In this document: piece after piece, positions 10,532 through 19,759 of the stretch | How the letters are laid out: every line of letters begins with the position of its first letter | Position numbering within the stretch: position 1 is the first letter of the stretch | Origin: an uncultured Armatimonadetes bacterium | GTDB lineage: Bacteria > Armatimonadota > Hebobacteria > Hebobacterales > Hebobacteraceae | DNA length: 64,000 nucleotides | Assembly: GCA_963716175.1 (NCBI GenBank) | Contig: OY970296.1 | Location: 3,520,001-3,584,000, forward strand | Reading direction: 5' to 3' | Position numbers and translations under genes: made by a program | The notes under the pieces: model-generated | What the model saw: the letters and a program-made list of their open reading frames with translations, nothing else | Databases searched by the model: none | Told to the model about the DNA's origin: nothing

Positions 10532-11254
10532 ATGTTTTCGAAGATCGCCCTGGCGAAGATGATTGACCACTCTCTGCTTCGACCCGATGCCACGGAGGAC
10601 GACGTCACTCGCTGCTGTGAGGAAGCCAAGGAGCTCCATTTCGCGTGCCTGATGGTGCTGCCCTATTGGTGTCAGGTGGCGGAGCGGCGGCTGCGGGACT
10701 CCGACGTGAAAGTGGGCACGGTGGTCGCCTATCCCTTCGGCGTCCTGCCCACCTCCGTCAAAGCCTACGAGGCGCGGCAGTCCATCGGGAATGGCGCCGT
10801 CGAGCTGGACATTGTGATCAATCTGGGTGCAGTCAAGTCCCGCGACTACACTACGGTGCAGCGAGACCTCGAGGAAGTGGTGACCGTAGCCAAGCTCGCC
10901 GGCCTCACTGAGGACGGCGACGACATCTTGGCCAAAGTCATTATCGAGGTCGGGCTGACCAGCCGGGAGGAGCAAACCCGGGTCTGCCGCATTGCCAAGT
11001 CGGTGCGCGCGGATTTCATCAAGACCTGCACCGGGCAGGGGCCGCGGGGGGTGACGGTGCAGGACGTGAAGCACATCCGCCAGGTGGTGGGCAGAGAGAT
11101 GGGGGTCAAGGCTTCGGGCGGCATCCGCACCATCCAGCAGGCGATGGCCCTGATCAACGCGGGAGCCAATCGCATCGGCACCAGCACGGGCGTGCAGATC
11201 GTGGCGTGCTACGACCAGTCGCAGGGGGCGATGACGGAGGAAGTCCTGCGATAG
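10532..11254 (+). CDS. deoC: Deoxyribose-phosphate aldolase
   Basis: IDHSLLRP, GAVELDIVIN, KVIIE, DFIKTCTG, VKASGGIR, GANRIGTS. Confidence 0.93.
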   Translation: MFSKIALAKMIDHSLLRPDATEDDVTRCCEEAKELHFACLMVLPYWCQVAERRLRDSDVKVGTVVAYPFGVLPTSVKAYEARQSIGNGAVELDIVINLGAVKSRDYTTVQRDLEEVVTVAKLAGLTEDGDDILAKVIIEVGLTSREEQTRVCRIAKSVRADFIKTCTGQGPRGVTVQDVKHIRQVVGREMGVKASGGIRTIQQAMALINAGANRIGTSTGVQIVACYDQSQGAMTEEVLR

Positions 11255-11321
11255 CTTGCCAGACGACCGGCGGGCGAGTCCGTCCTGCCGCCGGACGCCC
11301 CAGGCCGGGAAGGGGGTGGCA

Positions 11322-12066
11322 GTGAGCCGGGCTCGGGTCTATCGGGTATCGGCCCTCCTCATCCGGCAGCGTAACTTCGGCGAGGCCGACCGCATCGTCA
11401 CTCTCCTCACCCGGGAGCGCGGCAAGCTCTCCGCCATCGCCAAGGGCGTGAAAAAGGCTCGGAGCAAGTTCGCCGGGGGGCTCCAGCTCTTTTCCCTGGC
11501 TCGCCTCCAACTCGCCGTCGGGCGCTCTCTGGAGGTGGTCACACAGGTGGAGCCCACGGCCGGCTTCTATCACCTCCGCGAGGACCTGGGCCGCTTCGCC
11601 CACGCCTCCTACCTTTGCGAGCTGGTGGATGTGCTCACCGAAGAGCAGGCGCCGGACTCCGCGATCTTCGACCTTCTGGTGGCTGCGCTGGGCGCCCTGG
11701 ATGCAGGCGGCGATCCCCCCACCGTCACCCGGGGATTCGAGCTCAAGCTGCTCACTCACTTGGGCTATGGCCCGGAGATGAACACGTGTGTGGCCTGCGG
11801 CACCGAGGTGGAGGGGGGAGAGGCAGGATTCTCCGCCGCGGAGGGAGGAATTCTGTGCCAGTCCTGCCGCAGGGGGCAGGGCGCGCCTGAGCTGGGCGCT
11901 GGCGCGGCTCGCGGCGATGAGGGACTTGATCCGCCTCCCGTTGGAGGAGCTCGCCGGGCGGCGGCTCAAGGCCGGGGTGCAGCAGGAGCTGGAGCGGATC
12001 ATGCGCGCCTACGTGGACTACCGACTCGAGCGGCCGCTGCGCAGCACGGCCCTGCTAGTGCGCTGA
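11322..12066 (+). CDS. recO: DNA repair protein RecO (1-nt frameshift near 11906)
   Basis: EADRIVTLLTRERGKLSAIAKGVKK and a CxxC...CxxC zinc finger. The C-terminus (...LAAMRDL...YVDYRLERPLRS) is in ORF 11788-12066. Confidence 0.9.
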
Positions 12067-12077
12067 GGCTCTGTGCT

Positions 12078-13809
12078 GTGCGCAATGCTGATGTCGCCAG
12101 AGTGATCTCCGAGATCGCTGCCATCCTCACCGTGAGAGGGGAGAACCTTTTCAAGGTGCGCGCTTATCGAGCGCGCCGCGGAGGCGATCGGCAACCTCCC
12201 GGATGACCTCAGCGACATCCGCGAGCGCGGCGAGTTACGCACCATCCCGGGCGTTGGAGCCAGCATCGCCGAGAAGATCGAGGAGCTGCTCGACACCGGC
12301 CAGTGCCGGTTTCATCAGGATCTGCTGCGCGAGTTCCCGGCCACCGCCCTCGAGTTCTTCCGCATCCCCGGGATTGGTCCCAAGACGGTCAAGGTGCTGC
12401 TGGATAGGGGGATAGACACCATTGAGGGCCTGGAGCGGGCCGCGGCCGGTGGAGAACTGCGCGCCTTGCGCGGGTTGGGCGAGAAGACCGAGCAGGAAAT
12501 CCTGCGTGGCATCGCCCACATGCGCGAGTACAGCAAGCGTGCTAGCCTGGGTGTGGCCTGGTCCATGGCGCAGGCGATCATGGAGCGGATTCGTGCCTCC
12601 GCTCCCGTTGATCAGATGGAGGCCGCCGGCAGCCTGCGGCGGATGAAGGAGACGATAGGCGACATTGACATTCTCGTGACTTCCGAGCAGCCGGAGGCGG
12701 TGATGCGGTCCTTTGTGGCCCTCGATGCGGTGGATCAGGTGCTGGCGCACGGGCCCACCAAGTCCAGCATTCTCACCCATGCCGGCATCCAGGCCGACAT
12801 CCGGGTGATGGCGCCGGAATCCTTCGGCGCCGCGCTCCAGTACTTCACCGGGTCCAAGCAGCACAATATCAAGCTGCGGGACCTGGCGGTGCGCAAGAAG
12901 CTCAAGCTGAACGAGTACGGCGTCTTCAAGCTGGCCCGAGGCAAGGAGGAGCGCATTGGCGGCCGGCTGGAGGAGGAGATGTACGCGGCCTTGGGTCTCC
13001 CTATGATGCCACCGGAGATGCGGGAGGACCAGGGGGAAATCGAGGCGGCGCGAGCCGGAAACCTGCCCCAGCTCGTGGCGCTGTCAGACATCCGGGGCGA
13101 CCTGCACGTGCACAGCAACTGGAGCGATGGCCACGTCACCATCGCGGAGATGGCGCGCGCGGCCAAGGCCCTCGGCTATGCGTACCTCGCGCTCACAGAT
13201 CACTCGCCCTCCGAGACCGTCGCCAACGGGCTCTCGGTGGAACGGCTGAGACAGCGGTTCGACGAGCTGAAGGCCGCCCGCAAGGCAGTGAAGGGAATCG
13301 CCATCCTGAATGGCAGCGAAGTTGACATTAAGCGGGATGGCTCGCTGGATTACCCTGACGAAGTGCTGGCCGAGCTGGATTTCGTGGTGGCCTCGGTCCA
13401 CTCCGGATGGAAGATGGAGCGAGCGGCCATGACTGCTCGCATCATCGAGGCGATGGAGAACCCGTGGGTGGACTGCATCGCGCATCCTACCGGCCGGCTG
13501 ATCGGGCGCCGCGAGCCATATGAGGTGGACATGGAGGAGTTGCTCCAGGCCGCGGCGCGGCTGAAGGTGGCCCTGGAGATCAATGCCTATCCCGAACGGC
13601 TCGACCTGAAGGACGTGCATGCGCGGCGCGCCAAGGAGCTGGGTGTGAAGATGCTGATCAACACTGACGCCCACGCCCCTGACCACTTCCCCCTGATGCG
13701 CTTTGGGGTGGCTACCGCACGGCGCGGCTGGCTAGAGCCTGCGGATGTGCTCAACACCTTGCCTCTCTCCCAACTTAAGGTGCGGCTTCGGCGCGGGCGG
13801 GGGCACTAG
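12078..13809 (+). CDS. polX: DNA polymerase/3'-5' exonuclease PolX with PHP domain (1-nt frameshift near 12168)
   Basis: N-terminus VRNADVARVISEIA...GENLFKVRAY joins ERAAEAI...IPGVG; GSLRR, GDIDIL, YFTGSK; PHP motifs DLHVHSNWSDG and NTDAH. Confidence 0.9.
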
Positions 13810-13923
13810 GCAACAGGCAGGCCGTCAGCAGCTTTCTGCTCTCACGGGAAGGAGAGTCTGCCGGAGGGTGGAACAGGTCTGCGCCGCCCGCCTCAGGCGG
13901 GCTGTCGGCGACTGCTCCGGGAG

Positions 13924-14232
13924 GTGAGTGGCTTGACCAAGGCAGAGCTGATCGACGCGGTGGCAGAGAGAACGCGTCTCAAGAAGAAAGACTTGGACCC
14001 GATCCTCGACGCGGTGCTGGCGGTGATTGCGGGCACTCTCAGGAAGCACGAGAAGGTGCAGATCAGCGGGTTCGGCACTTTCGAGGCCCGCCGCCGCAAA
14101 GCGCGCACCGCGCGCAATCCCCGTACCCAGGAAACCATCAAGGTTGGCCCGAGCTGGTCCCTCGGTTTTCGTCCCGGCAAACAGCTCAGGGAGCTAGTCA
14201 GCGGGAGGCCCGGCTCCGCCGGCCTCCGCTGA
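13924..14232 (+). CDS. hup: HU family DNA-binding protein
   Basis: TKAELIDAVA, VQISGFGTF, ARTARNPRT, FRPGKQLRE. Confidence 0.93.
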   Translation: MSGLTKAELIDAVAERTRLKKKDLDPILDAVLAVIAGTLRKHEKVQISGFGTFEARRRKARTARNPRTQETIKVGPSWSLGFRPGKQLRELVSGRPGSAGLR

Positions 14233-14242
14233 GATGATGCCG

Positions 14243-14273
14243 GCGGCGAGGCCGGCGCCGCCGGCCTCGCCGC
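14243..14273. terminator. GC-rich hairpin after HU
   Basis: GCGGCGAGGCCGGCG-c-CGCCGGCCTCGCCGC inverted repeat; no clear U tract. Confidence 0.45.
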
Positions 14274-14274
14274 G

Positions 14275-14302
14275 TTGACACAGCTCTGCCCCATGCTATA
14301 AT
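14275..14302 (+). promoter_or_regulatory. Consensus sigma70 promoter of tRNA-Pro
   Basis: TTGACA-16 nt-TATAAT with an extended -10 TG, 10 nt upstream of the tRNA. Confidence 0.85.
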
Positions 14303-14312
14303 GGCCAGGCCA

Positions 14313-14389
14313 CGGGGCGTGGCGCAATTTGGTAGCGCACCGGAATGGGGTTCCGGTGGTTGTCGGTTCGAGTCCGGCCGCCCCGACCA
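14313..14389 (+). tRNA. tRNA-Pro (GGG)
   Basis: Cloverleaf with CGGGGCG/CGCCCCG acceptor stem, anticodon arm CCGGA-ATGGGGT-TCCGG, TTCGAGT T-loop and encoded CCA. Confidence 0.96.
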
Positions 14390-14757
14390 GCTTCCTGCCG
14401 CTGTCTCTCGAGCCCCCGCCCGGACGAGTCGCGATTCCCTTTGGGCCGACTCCCACGAGCTGGCCGCGGCGCGCCTGGAGATCCCGGTTCTGGGGTCTCC
14501 CTCGCACATTGCTCATTGCATTCCCAGCCAGGATGTGCTAGTATCTGAGTAGACAAGTTAGCCCTGCGGTGTACGTGATTGTCTCGGAAGTTTTGAGCCA
14601 ACACTTACGTCTTGGGAGCCAGAGTCTAGCTGCCAAGTGGTAGCCCGCCTTCGGCGGGATTCACGCGGTATGCAGCGCGGTTCCCACCTGCTTAGGCAGG
14701 TTCAAAAACTCATGAGGCACACGGCATGCGCGGGGCTTGCTGTGGATGCGCCAAGGT

Positions 14758-14786
14758 AAAGCGGGCCTGCACGGCAGGCCCGCTTT
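14758..14786. terminator. Bidirectional terminator-like hairpin
   Basis: AAAGCGGGCCTGC-acg-GCAGGCCCGCTTT. Confidence 0.5.
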
Positions 14787-14874
14787 CGCGTGCGTGCTCG
14801 CGGGCCTGGTTGCGCTGACCCGGCTGCACCCACTATAATAGCCGCCGGTCGTCATCGCACACGCGGGGGGAAAC

Positions 14875-16071
14875 GTGGAAGCTGTCGCTCGTGGCCTGGA
14901 AGCAGGAGCTGTGCCTCAAACCGCGCGGATCCTGCTGGTGGCGCCACCCGCGCGTGGCGGGCTTGCCCGGCACGTGATCTCCCTGCTCGCGGCGCTTCAC
15001 CAGGAAGGCTACGAGCTGGGTGTTGCCTCCGACCCGGAGGGGCCCATTGCCGAGGCGGCGAGAGAGCGATCGCTTCCCTTCTATGGCGTTTCGGTCTCCG
15101 GGGTGAATCCCTCGCGCGCGGCGGTGGGAGCGCTCCAGATCGCGGGAGCGATCTCCGGCCTCCAGGCCCAGATCATCCACTCCCATTCCTTCAGCGCCAG
15201 CCTGATCAGCGCCCTCGCCGCTCCCTTGGCCCGCTCAGCGCGACTGGTGGCTACCATTCACAACTACCCTCCAGATGCCACCGGTATGCGCGCCGCCCGC
15301 GCTCAGCATCGGTGGGCGCTGCGCCAGGTGGTCCGCCGAGCGGCTCGCCTGATCACAGTCTCCGATGCGCTGCGCAGCGACTTGCTCGCGCTCTACCCGG
15401 GCGTCGCCGACAAGGCGATCACGATCCCTAACGGCATCGAGATCCGTGCCAGGACGGCCCGTGATCCAGCAGCAGCGAGGTCGGCCCTGGGGCTTCCGGG
15501 CGATGCCGCGCTGGTGGGCATGGTGGCGCGGTTGGCCCCGCAGAAGGGCATCCCCGAGTTCATCCGCGCCTGCCGGCTGGTGGCGGACCGCTGGCCTGAG
15601 GTGCAGTTCGTGCTGGCCGGCGAGGGTCCGCTCAGAGAAGAGGCCGTTTCATTGCAGGACGAGCTGGCGCTAGGTGAGAGGCTGCATCTGGTGGGAGCGG
15701 TGAACTCGACCGGTGACCTGATCGCCGCCCTGGACTTGCTGGTGGTTGCCTCCACCTCCGAGGGCTCCTCGCTGGTAGCGATGGAGGCGATGGCTAGGGA
15801 GAAACCGGTGGTGGCCACCCGCGTTGGCGGGGTTCCCGAGGTGGTCGCTGACGGCAACACCGGCGTCCTGGTGCAGCCAGGCGATCCGGCCGCGCTGGCG
15901 GAGGGGATTGAAGCGCTGCTGCGGGATCCGGAGCGCGCCCAGCGGATGGGTGAACGGGGGCGACGCCGAGTGGCGGAGAGATTCGACCTCCACCAGATGC
16001 TCGAACGCACCAAACAGGTCTACGCCGATCTTCTCAGGGAGCAGATCAAGACCAAAGGCGGCGCCACGTGA
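14875..16071 (+). CDS. Glycosyltransferase family 4 (GT-B)
   Basis: GGLARHV, IHSHS, IPNGI, VARLAPQKG, EGSSLVAMEAMA...PVVATRVGGVPEVV. Confidence 0.9.
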   Translation: MEAVARGLEAGAVPQTARILLVAPPARGGLARHVISLLAALHQEGYELGVASDPEGPIAEAARERSLPFYGVSVSGVNPSRAAVGALQIAGAISGLQAQIIHSHSFSASLISALAAPLARSARLVATIHNYPPDATGMRAARAQHRWALRQVVRRAARLITVSDALRSDLLALYPGVADKAITIPNGIEIRARTARDPAAARSALGLPGDAALVGMVARLAPQKGIPEFIRACRLVADRWPEVQFVLAGEGPLREEAVSLQDELALGERLHLVGAVNSTGDLIAALDLLVVASTSEGSSLVAMEAMAREKPVVATRVGGVPEVVADGNTGVLVQPGDPAALAEGIEALLRDPERAQRMGERGRRRVAERFDLHQMLERTKQVYADLLREQIKTKGGAT

Positions 16072-18260
16072 GGCCCGCCCTGGTAGCAATACTGGCGGTC
16101 GCCTGCATGGCGACCGGGCTGTCCGGCAGTGCTCTGGCTGGCGGGCGGAAGCTCGTCCTCGGCATCGTTGACCAGGTGACGTGGAGCGACCTGCTGAGCG
16201 ACGAGGTCCAGGCGCCAACGCTGAAGGGATTGGCCAGGAACAGCGGCGCCGGCCTGATGTGCGTGCGCACCGGGCGGGCTTCGGGTGGCGGCTATCTCAC
16301 CATCGGGGCCGGCGCCCGCGCCAGCGCCTCCCAGCCCCAATCCCAGCCCGGCCCTGAGGGAAGAGCCTTCCTGAGGAACGAGATCGTGGGCGGCGAGGCC
16401 GCTGGTCGCGCATACGCTGCCTACACTGGGTGGCCGGTGGGCGCGAATGGCATCGTCCACCTGGGGATTGGCAACCTGGTGCGCCAGAATCAGCCCACTA
16501 CGTATCCCATCACCCTCGGCCTGCTGGGAAGCGCTCTGCACCGGTCGGGCCTGCACGTCGCCTGTGTCGGCAACGCCGACCTTCCGGACTCACCGCATCG
16601 GGAGCTGGCGGCCGTGGCCATGGATGAGCGGGGCCGGGTGGAGTTCGGCGACATCGGCGCCGGGCTGCTGGAGCGTGATCCCAGGCTGCCTTACCTGCTC
16701 ACCACCCGCGGTGACCGCCTGCTCTCGGCCTTTCGGCGCGCGTTGGCCGTGGCCGATCTGATCGTGGTTGACTTCGGCGAGACCTCGCGGGTGGGAGAGT
16801 ACGCCGATGCGATGCCTCCTGCCGCCGCCCAGGCTGCGCGGCGCCGCGCTGTCGAGCGGGTGGATAGCCTGCTCGCAGGTGTGCTGAGAGAACTCCCGCC
16901 GACTGGCTGGGGGCTGATGCTGCTGGCGCCCACCGCGCGCGCCGCAGATCCCGAGGAGCAGTTCGCCAATCTGACCCCGGTCATCTTCTATCTGCCCGGG
17001 GCCGAGCCGGGTCTTCTGACTTCACCCTCAACTCGCCGTCCCGGGCTGGTAGTGAACACGGATGTCGCTCCCACCATTCTCGGCTACTTCAGCCTCCAGA
17101 CCCCCCCGGCCGCGGTCGGGCGGCCGATGCGGGTTGAGCCGACCAGGGGCGACTTGCTGGCCCGGGTGAAGAGCGACGAGGCTCGCCAGGCTGGGGTTGA
17201 GGTGGCGAGGCGCTATGCCTTCCGCTGGCTGGCCGTGCTGGCTGCCATTGCCCTCTGGGCGGCCGCGGGGATGTTCGCGCTGGGAGAGGGGGCGGCGCGC
17301 TGGGCGCGCGTGCTGGTGCGAGGATTGCTGCTAGCCCTGTTGGCCGCGCCGCCGGCGCTGCTCCTGGTGGGCCTGCGCCCCATGTCGGCGGCGCAGATGC
17401 TGGCGGGCGCGGTGGCGATCTCGCTGGTGATCGCGTTCCTCGGCGCGGCGGCGACTCGCTGGAGGGCCGGGCATGCCCCGCCGGCGCTGCTCCTGGTGGC
17501 CTTGCTCGTCTACGACCTGGTGAAGGGGCAGACTATGCTCCAGTGGTCGCCGTTGAGCTACTCCGCGGCCGCTGGCGCTCGCTTCTACGGCCTCGGCAAC
17601 GAGTACGGGGGAGCGCTCCTGGGCGGCGCGCTGGTGAGCGTAGCGAGTCTGCTACCAGCGCGTGAACGCGGGGGCGCCGTCGGGCGCTTGCTGGTCGGTG
17701 TGGTGCTGCTGGGCATCGCAGGCCTGGCAGGCTATCCCCGATTCGGCGCGAATCTGGGGATGGCTCTCGCCTGCGCCATCGGGTTTGCGGCCTTCATCGT
17801 CTACCTGTGGAGCGAGCGGCCCACCTGGGCCGATGCCGTCGCGGCGCTGCTGGTGGCGCTGCTGGTGGCCGGGGCGGCCATGGCAGTAGATGTGTTCCGC
17901 CACGGAGCCGAGGCCTCGCACCTTGGCCTGTTCGCCGCCTCTCTCCGGTCTCAGGGATGGGGTGCGCTGGGCCAAGTAGCGATCCGCAAATGGACCCTGA
18001 ACTGGTTGCTGGTGCGCACCTCGCTGTGGACGGATGCCGCGCTGGCCGGGTTTGGGGTGGTGGGTGTGCTGCTGCTGGCACGGCCTCGCCGTGGCGTTGC
18101 TGCCATGGCAGAGCGCCCGTGGCTGGCGCCGGCTCTCACCGCCTGCGTGGTCGGGGCCATCGCCTCCTGGGCTCTCAACGACTCCGGCATCGTCGCTGCC
18201 GCGCTGGTGCTGCTGTATGGCGCCGGCTCCTTCGCCTACCTGGGGCTGGGCGAGGCCTGA
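16068..18260 (+). CDS. Uncharacterised membrane protein: exported alkaline-phosphatase-like N-terminal domain plus polytopic C-terminal domain
   Basis: Signal peptide; 'GLLTSPSTRRPGLVVNTDVAPTIL'; many TM helices with GARFYGLGNEYGG, GANLG and NDSGI motifs; GTGA overlap with the GT4 gene. Confidence 0.65.
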   Translation: MRPALVAILAVACMATGLSGSALAGGRKLVLGIVDQVTWSDLLSDEVQAPTLKGLARNSGAGLMCVRTGRASGGGYLTIGAGARASASQPQSQPGPEGRAFLRNEIVGGEAAGRAYAAYTGWPVGANGIVHLGIGNLVRQNQPTTYPITLGLLGSALHRSGLHVACVGNADLPDSPHRELAAVAMDERGRVEFGDIGAGLLERDPRLPYLLTTRGDRLLSAFRRALAVADLIVVDFGETSRVGEYADAMPPAAAQAARRRAVERVDSLLAGVLRELPPTGWGLMLLAPTARAADPEEQFANLTPVIFYLPGAEPGLLTSPSTRRPGLVVNTDVAPTILGYFSLQTPPAAVGRPMRVEPTRGDLLARVKSDEARQAGVEVARRYAFRWLAVLAAIALWAAAGMFALGEGAARWARVLVRGLLLALLAAPPALLLVGLRPMSAAQMLAGAVAISLVIAFLGAAATRWRAGHAPPALLLVALLVYDLVKGQTMLQWSPLSYSAAAGARFYGLGNEYGGALLGGALVSVASLLPARERGGAVGRLLVGVVLLGIAGLAGYPRFGANLGMALACAIGFAAFIVYLWSERPTWADAVAALLVALLVAGAAMAVDVFRHGAEASHLGLFAASLRSQGWGALGQVAIRKWTLNWLLVRTSLWTDAALAGFGVVGVLLLARPRRGVAAMAERPWLAPALTACVVGAIASWALNDSGIVAAALVLLYGAGSFAYLGLGEA

Positions 18261-18350
18261 GCCGTTCTCAGCACAAACCGAGCAGCGCCAGCAGGCTCGC
18301 CTCCTTGCCCTGCTGCCAGCCGGACGGTAAAATCGCCGTGGGGTACGGCT

Positions 18351-19358
18351 ATGGGTGACGCGGGGCTGAAAGAGGCGCTGTACTGGGAGGCGGCAGAAGG
18401 CGGACGGGTGCACTGCCTGCTCTGCCCGCATGGCTGCCGCATCGGGGAAGGGCAGGTGGGGCTGTGCCGGGTGCGGCGCAACGTCGGCGGAGTGCTGCGA
18501 AGCCTCAACTACGGCCGCGTCTCGGCCGTCAACTGGGACCCCATCGAGAAGAAGCCGCTATTCCACTTCCACCCCGGCTCGATCATTCTCTCCCTGGGCA
18601 GCATCGGCTGCAATCTCGCCTGCTCCTTCTGCCAGAACTGGTCCATCTCCCAGGAAGAGGCCGGGACGCGCCGGCTGTCGCCAGAGCAAGCCGTGGCCAT
18701 GGCGCGAGGCGATAGGGCCAACTTAGGCCTAGCCTATACCTACAACGAGCCGTTTGTCTGGTACGAGTTTGTGCTCGAGACCGCGCAGCTGGCAAGAGCG
18801 GCCGGGCTGAAGAACGTGCTGGTGACCAATGGCTATATCCGAGAGGAGCCCCTGCGCCAGCTCCTTCCTTTCGTTGATGCCATGAATGTTGACATCAAAG
18901 CGATGAGCGACAGCTTCTACCGGGAGCTGTGCCAGGGCCGCGCCGAGCCGCCTCGCCGCACGGTCGAGATCGCCAAGGAGCAGGGCTGCCTGGTGGAGGT
19001 GACCAACCTGGTGATTCCGAACTGGAACGACTCCGAGGAAGCTATCGCCGGCTTCATCGCATGGACGGCCAGCGTAGACCCGGAGATGCCGGTCCACTTC
19101 TCGCGCTATCACCCGGATTATCAGCTCTCGGAGCCGCCCACGCCGCCCGAGACCCTGGCGCGGGCCCGGGAGATGGCACGCCAGAAGCTGCGCTATGTCT
19201 ATGTGGGCAACCTATGGGGCGGAGAGGGAGAGGACACCGTCTGCCCAGGTTGTGACAAGGTGGTGGTGGAACGCCGCGGGTTCGCGGTGTCTCGGGTGTC
19301 CGTGCGCGGCGGACGCTGCGAGTTCTGCGGGGCCGAGATCAAGATTCTGGGCACGTGA
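18351..19358 (+). CDS. amrS: AmmeMemoRadiSam system radical SAM enzyme
   Basis: CLLCPHGC, DPIEKKPLFHFHPG, GCNLACSFCQNWSISQ, YTYNEP, YVYVGN and C-terminal CxxC motifs. Confidence 0.9.
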   Translation: MGDAGLKEALYWEAAEGGRVHCLLCPHGCRIGEGQVGLCRVRRNVGGVLRSLNYGRVSAVNWDPIEKKPLFHFHPGSIILSLGSIGCNLACSFCQNWSISQEEAGTRRLSPEQAVAMARGDRANLGLAYTYNEPFVWYEFVLETAQLARAAGLKNVLVTNGYIREEPLRQLLPFVDAMNVDIKAMSDSFYRELCQGRAEPPRRTVEIAKEQGCLVEVTNLVIPNWNDSEEAIAGFIAWTASVDPEMPVHFSRYHPDYQLSEPPTPPETLARAREMARQKLRYVYVGNLWGGEGEDTVCPGCDKVVVERRGFAVSRVSVRGGRCEFCGAEIKILGT

Positions 19359-19393
19359 TGGAGCGTGCCTGAGTGAAAGGAGACATTTGAGCC

Positions 19394-19759
19394 ATGCCAG
19401 AACAGCCGAAGACAGTGTCGTGGCGGGATCTGTTTGAGAAGACGGTTGACCTTGGACTAGGGGCAGCCTTGCTGACCAAGGAAGCAGCCTCCAAGCTGGT
19501 GGAGGATGTGGTGAAGCGCGGCTCCATGAGCAAGGAGGAGGGCCAGAAACTGATCTCCGATATGCTGGAGAAGGGCAAGCAGCAGAAGGATAAGATGGAA
19601 GCCCTGATTCGGCGGACCATCGAGCGCATGCTGGCGCAATCGGACCTCGCCCGGCAGTCCACGGTAGAGAAGCTGGAGCGGCGTGTGTTCGAGCTGGAGG
19701 AGGAGCTGAGGCGGAGGCGAGAGCAAAGTGAGGCTCCCGCCGACCCGGACTGTCTATGA
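19394..19759 (+). CDS. Phasin-like coiled-coil protein
   Basis: LGLGAALLTKE...VKRGSMSKEEG pattern; translationally coupled to a ubiB-like kinase. Confidence 0.75.
   Translation: MPEQPKTVSWRDLFEKTVDLGLGAALLTKEAASKLVEDVVKRGSMSKEEGQKLISDMLEKGKQQKDKMEALIRRTIERMLAQSDLARQSTVEKLERRVFELEEELRRRREQSEAPADPDCL

Noticed and set aside
9562-13809. trpA, recO and polX as true pseudogenes
   Set aside because: Each has a single indel with fully conserved catalytic motifs on both sides, so sequencing error is more parsimonious.
14390-14874. Possible ncRNA or att site after tRNA-Pro
   Set aside because: Only short hairpins are visible; I recognise no RNA family, integrase or tRNA 3' duplication. An Rfam scan would be needed.
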